From: a virus
Taxonomy: Duplodnaviria > Caudoviricetes
DNA: 64,000 nt
Reading direction: 5' to 3' (one strand)
Virus record (IMG/VR): IMGVR_UViG_2684623153_000002
Location: 1-64,000 of that record
In this document: piece by piece, positions 61,615 through 64,000 of the stretch
Layout: each line of letters starts with the position of its first letter
Numbering within the stretch: position 1 is the first letter of the stretch
Notes under the pieces: model-generated
Databases searched by the model: none
What the model was told of the DNA's origin: nothing
What the model saw: the letters and a program-made list of their open reading frames with translations, nothing else
Made by a program: the position numbers and the translations under genes

Positions 61615-62621
61615 GCTTGATCACCCTTTGGAATGGAGTTTTTCTCAACGACATCAATTGTCATGGTGTGTTTCACGCCACTAAATTCATGTTTGTCTTG
61701 ATCGATCCAGTACGTTTTTTTCACGTCGATTTCAGGGATTTTCAAATAGATTGGAAGACCGCTTTGCAGATCAGGAATGCCTAGCGCTTGGATGCTTTTG
61801 ACCTCTTGTTTCACACCTTTTTTCTCTGCCAGCCGTACTTTGGCTCTTTTTTGCAGCTGCGGCTGGTTAATTTGCCCTGTAACCGTCTCAACATGCTGTA
61901 AAATGCCGTATTTACTCTGACCTGCTTTATCCTGTTCGACCACTACAATCTCTGATTTGCTGCCTTTTTTCTTATTTTTCCCCTGTTCATCTGCAGACGT
62001 GCGCAGCTTGACACGAGTGGCTGTTTCTTCAATCGAGGTGCTGTACTGATAGCCAATGAGATTGACACCTGATTCAATGACCCATACGTCCTCTGGATCT
62101 GGCCAAGCTCTCAGCCCCATCTTTCCTTTAGTAGAATAGATTTGATAGTTTCTGCCCGTTTGCCGCTTTGTTTCTTTTAATGCTTTCAGAATCATGTCAT
62201 ATAGGCTCGTATCATTTTTAAACACTAGTGATTTGATGACATGACCTGTATTGGCGATAGAGGTCATTGGGATTTGAAAGTCAGCCCCAATCCGTCTCAA
62301 GATTTGATCTGCTCTTTGTTTTGAAAAAACATAGACATCTTGGTTTTTCACCAAATATTGAAGCATGTCGTATGCGGTAAAGGTCAGTTTCCCTTCAACA
62401 GGCGTCCGAGAAAACACAATGCCTCTGAATAACTCTTTTCCTTTCCATTTAAAAAGAACCGTGTCCCCTTCTGAGACACGGTAATATGTTTGACTGCCTT
62501 GCTTAGTGATAATATTTGCTTGAATAGAGCGAGGGGCTTGATACCTTTGCCCCTGAAGTGTCACACTCTCTGTGACAAGCTCATACATGGTGCCGCTTCT
62601 GATGGCAAAAAGCTCGATCAA
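61611..62621 (-). CDS. xkdQ: XkdQ-like baseplate hub
   Basis: Paralog of 11107-12204; TTG start. Confidence 0.85.
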   Translation of the reverse strand: MIELFAIRSGTMYELVTESVTLQGQRYQAPRSIQANIITKQGSQTYYRVSEGDTVLFKWKGKELFRGIVFSRTPVEGKLTFTAYDMLQYLVKNQDVYVFSKQRADQILRRIGADFQIPMTSIANTGHVIKSLVFKNDTSLYDMILKALKETKRQTGRNYQIYSTKGKMGLRAWPDPEDVWVIESGVNLIGYQYSTSIEETATRVKLRTSADEQGKNKKKGSKSEIVVVEQDKAGQSKYGILQHVETVTGQINQPQLQKRAKVRLAEKKGVKQEVKSIQALGIPDLQSGLPIYLKIPEIDVKKTYWIDQDKHEFSGVKHTMTIDVVEKNSIPKGDQA

Positions 62622-62632
62622 TGCCAGCCCCC

Positions 62633-63304
62633 CTATTGTGGTATTTTTAACCTTTGTCCAGGGAAAATCCAATGCCCCGGCTGCTTAATATTGCGTTTGC
62701 TCCGTTTAATCATCGCTAATTTGTTGGCATTCCAAATACGCCGCCATTTTGTACTGTCGCCATAAAACCTTCCTGATATGGCCCATAGCGTATCCCCTTT
62801 TTTGACGGTGTACATTTTTGGTGGTGTTTTTGAAGGCCGTTTCTTTTTCGTTTGTTTTGCTTTTTTCTTTCGTTTGATTTTCCTAGGCGATGCGGTTTTG
62901 TATTCCTTTAACTCGATCGTAAATTCACGATCGCCAATATCATATGACCCTTCTTTATGGGTGAAGCTTTCAATGCTGCACGTCATATTGATTTTTGTCC
63001 CCGTTACAATCAGCCGCACAGACTTCTTTGAACGCATCATTCGTTCTATTTTCGCTATCGCATTCTCCGGTGATGGAATGCTTTTATATTCAGCAATTGG
63101 CGAATATTTCTTAGGAAATAATGAAGTGAATGATACTTGCTTAGCCGATGGGACATCAATAAAGGTTAGTTCTCCAAAAGAGGCAACCTTTACCGTTTCA
63201 TTTTGTACGTTATTTGTGATTTCAAGTTCGGATGGAAGGACAGGGAATCGCAACTTGTCCTTTCCTTGGGAAATCCACAATTGATACACTGATTTACCCA
63301 TCAA
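62633..63304 (-). CDS. xkdP: XkdP-like LysM protein
   Basis: LysM motif [12 protein letters not shown]. Confidence 0.9.
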   Translation of the reverse strand: MMGKSVYQLWISQGKDKLRFPVLPSELEITNNVQNETVKVASFGELTFIDVPSAKQVSFTSLFPKKYSPIAEYKSIPSPENAIAKIERMMRSKKSVRLIVTGTKINMTCSIESFTHKEGSYDIGDREFTIELKEYKTASPRKIKRKKKAKQTKKKRPSKTPPKMYTVKKGDTLWAISGRFYGDSTKWRRIWNANKLAMIKRSKRNIKQPGHWIFPGQRLKIPQ

Positions 63305-64000
63305 TCACGACCCCCTTCGTTCCTGTATGAAGCTCTACTTCCAGTTCATCTACGAGCATTTGTCTAATTTTTTCGACAAGCGATTGCTGATCTTGTCCAT
63401 TATGGAAATGCTGGTCTCCATTGAATTGAATCGTGATTTGTTTATTACCTGGCGATGCAGTACGACTAGAAGACTGAACTGAGGTGACTTGCTGCATCTG
63501 TGATTCTGATAAAGGAGCAGATGCATTTGCTGGATCATATACTTGCATCCCAAGTGCCTTGGCTGCCTGCGCTAATAAATACCTTCCGCGAATGCCTCTT
63601 TCTTCAGGTATGATCCATTCGCGTTTGTTTCCTTCACCGACTCTAGCAACCTGCTCCTGAGTAATCAGTCCGCCATTTGCGTAGCCCTTATAAGGCCCGC
63701 CTCTTCTCATACTTCGTAATCCCGGTGTATTGAAGACTGTTCCATATCTGCCCTTAATGTAGTTAATGGCTGCTACGGCATTATGAATTGGGTTCCAAAT
63801 GTCATTCATGCCTTTGCCTTTATTGGAGTTAAACGTTGGTCCAATGGTTTGCATTAAGCCTTTAGAAGGCGTTCCCTTCTTGGCGTTTGAATCCCATAAG
63901 TTGATTGCTCTCGGATTTCCACGCGACTCATTCTGTGCGATGGTCATCAAACCTGGGAGCCAGCTCATTGATGTACCAGTTGCCATGATAGCCGCCATGA
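63294..64000 (-). CDS. xkdO: Tape measure protein C-terminus with SLT domain (partial)
   Basis: [24 protein letters not shown]. Confidence 0.9.
   Translation of the reverse strand, partial: MAAIMATGTSMSWLPGLMTIAQNESRGNPRAINLWDSNAKKGTPSKGLMQTIGPTFNSNKGKGMNDIWNPIHNAVAAINYIKGRYGTVFNTPGLRSMRRGGPYKGYANGGLITQEQVARVGEGNKREWIIPEERGIRGRYLLAQAAKALGMQVYDPANASAPLSESQMQQVTSVQSSSRTASPGNKQITIQFNGDQHFHNGQDQQSLVEKIRQMLVDELEVELHTGTKGVVIDG

Larger units (their letters stand above)
53916..64000 (-). mobile_element. Second PBSX-like element (lysis, fibre, baseplate, tape measure); continues beyond the window
   Basis: Gene-for-gene homology to 4969-13600. Confidence 0.85.

Overview
Bacillus chromosomal window (probably B. 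pumilus/altitudinis/safensis group, an inference from gene content). About 1-53,480 is an apparently near-complete, skin/PBSX-related, contractile-tailed temperate prophage, mostly on the - strand. It has integrase/ImmA/repressor, early recombination-replication, ArpU, terminase-portal-head, sheath/tube/tape-measure/baseplate/fibre and lysis modules. Its right end abuts a tRNA-Ala(GGC) gene; its left boundary is not visible in the window. From about 53,900 to the end lies the lysis-to-tape-measure half of a second, homologous PBSX-like element in the same orientation. The strongest novelty candidate is a low-GC two-gene cassette after the lysin: a Panacea/SocA/YwgA-like protein plus a PD-(D/E)xK nuclease-AAA+ ATPase fusion, possibly an undescribed anti-phage toxin-antitoxin system. 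Other cargo includes rap-phr, an unannotated BsrH-like type I toxin-antitoxin locus, a 274-aa head-module moron, a collagen-like spore-surface moron and several candidate structured RNAs. The second element carries a duplicated tail fibre that has lost its start codon, next to a bhlA relic. All family calls come from motif recognition and synteny by eye; no database searches were run.
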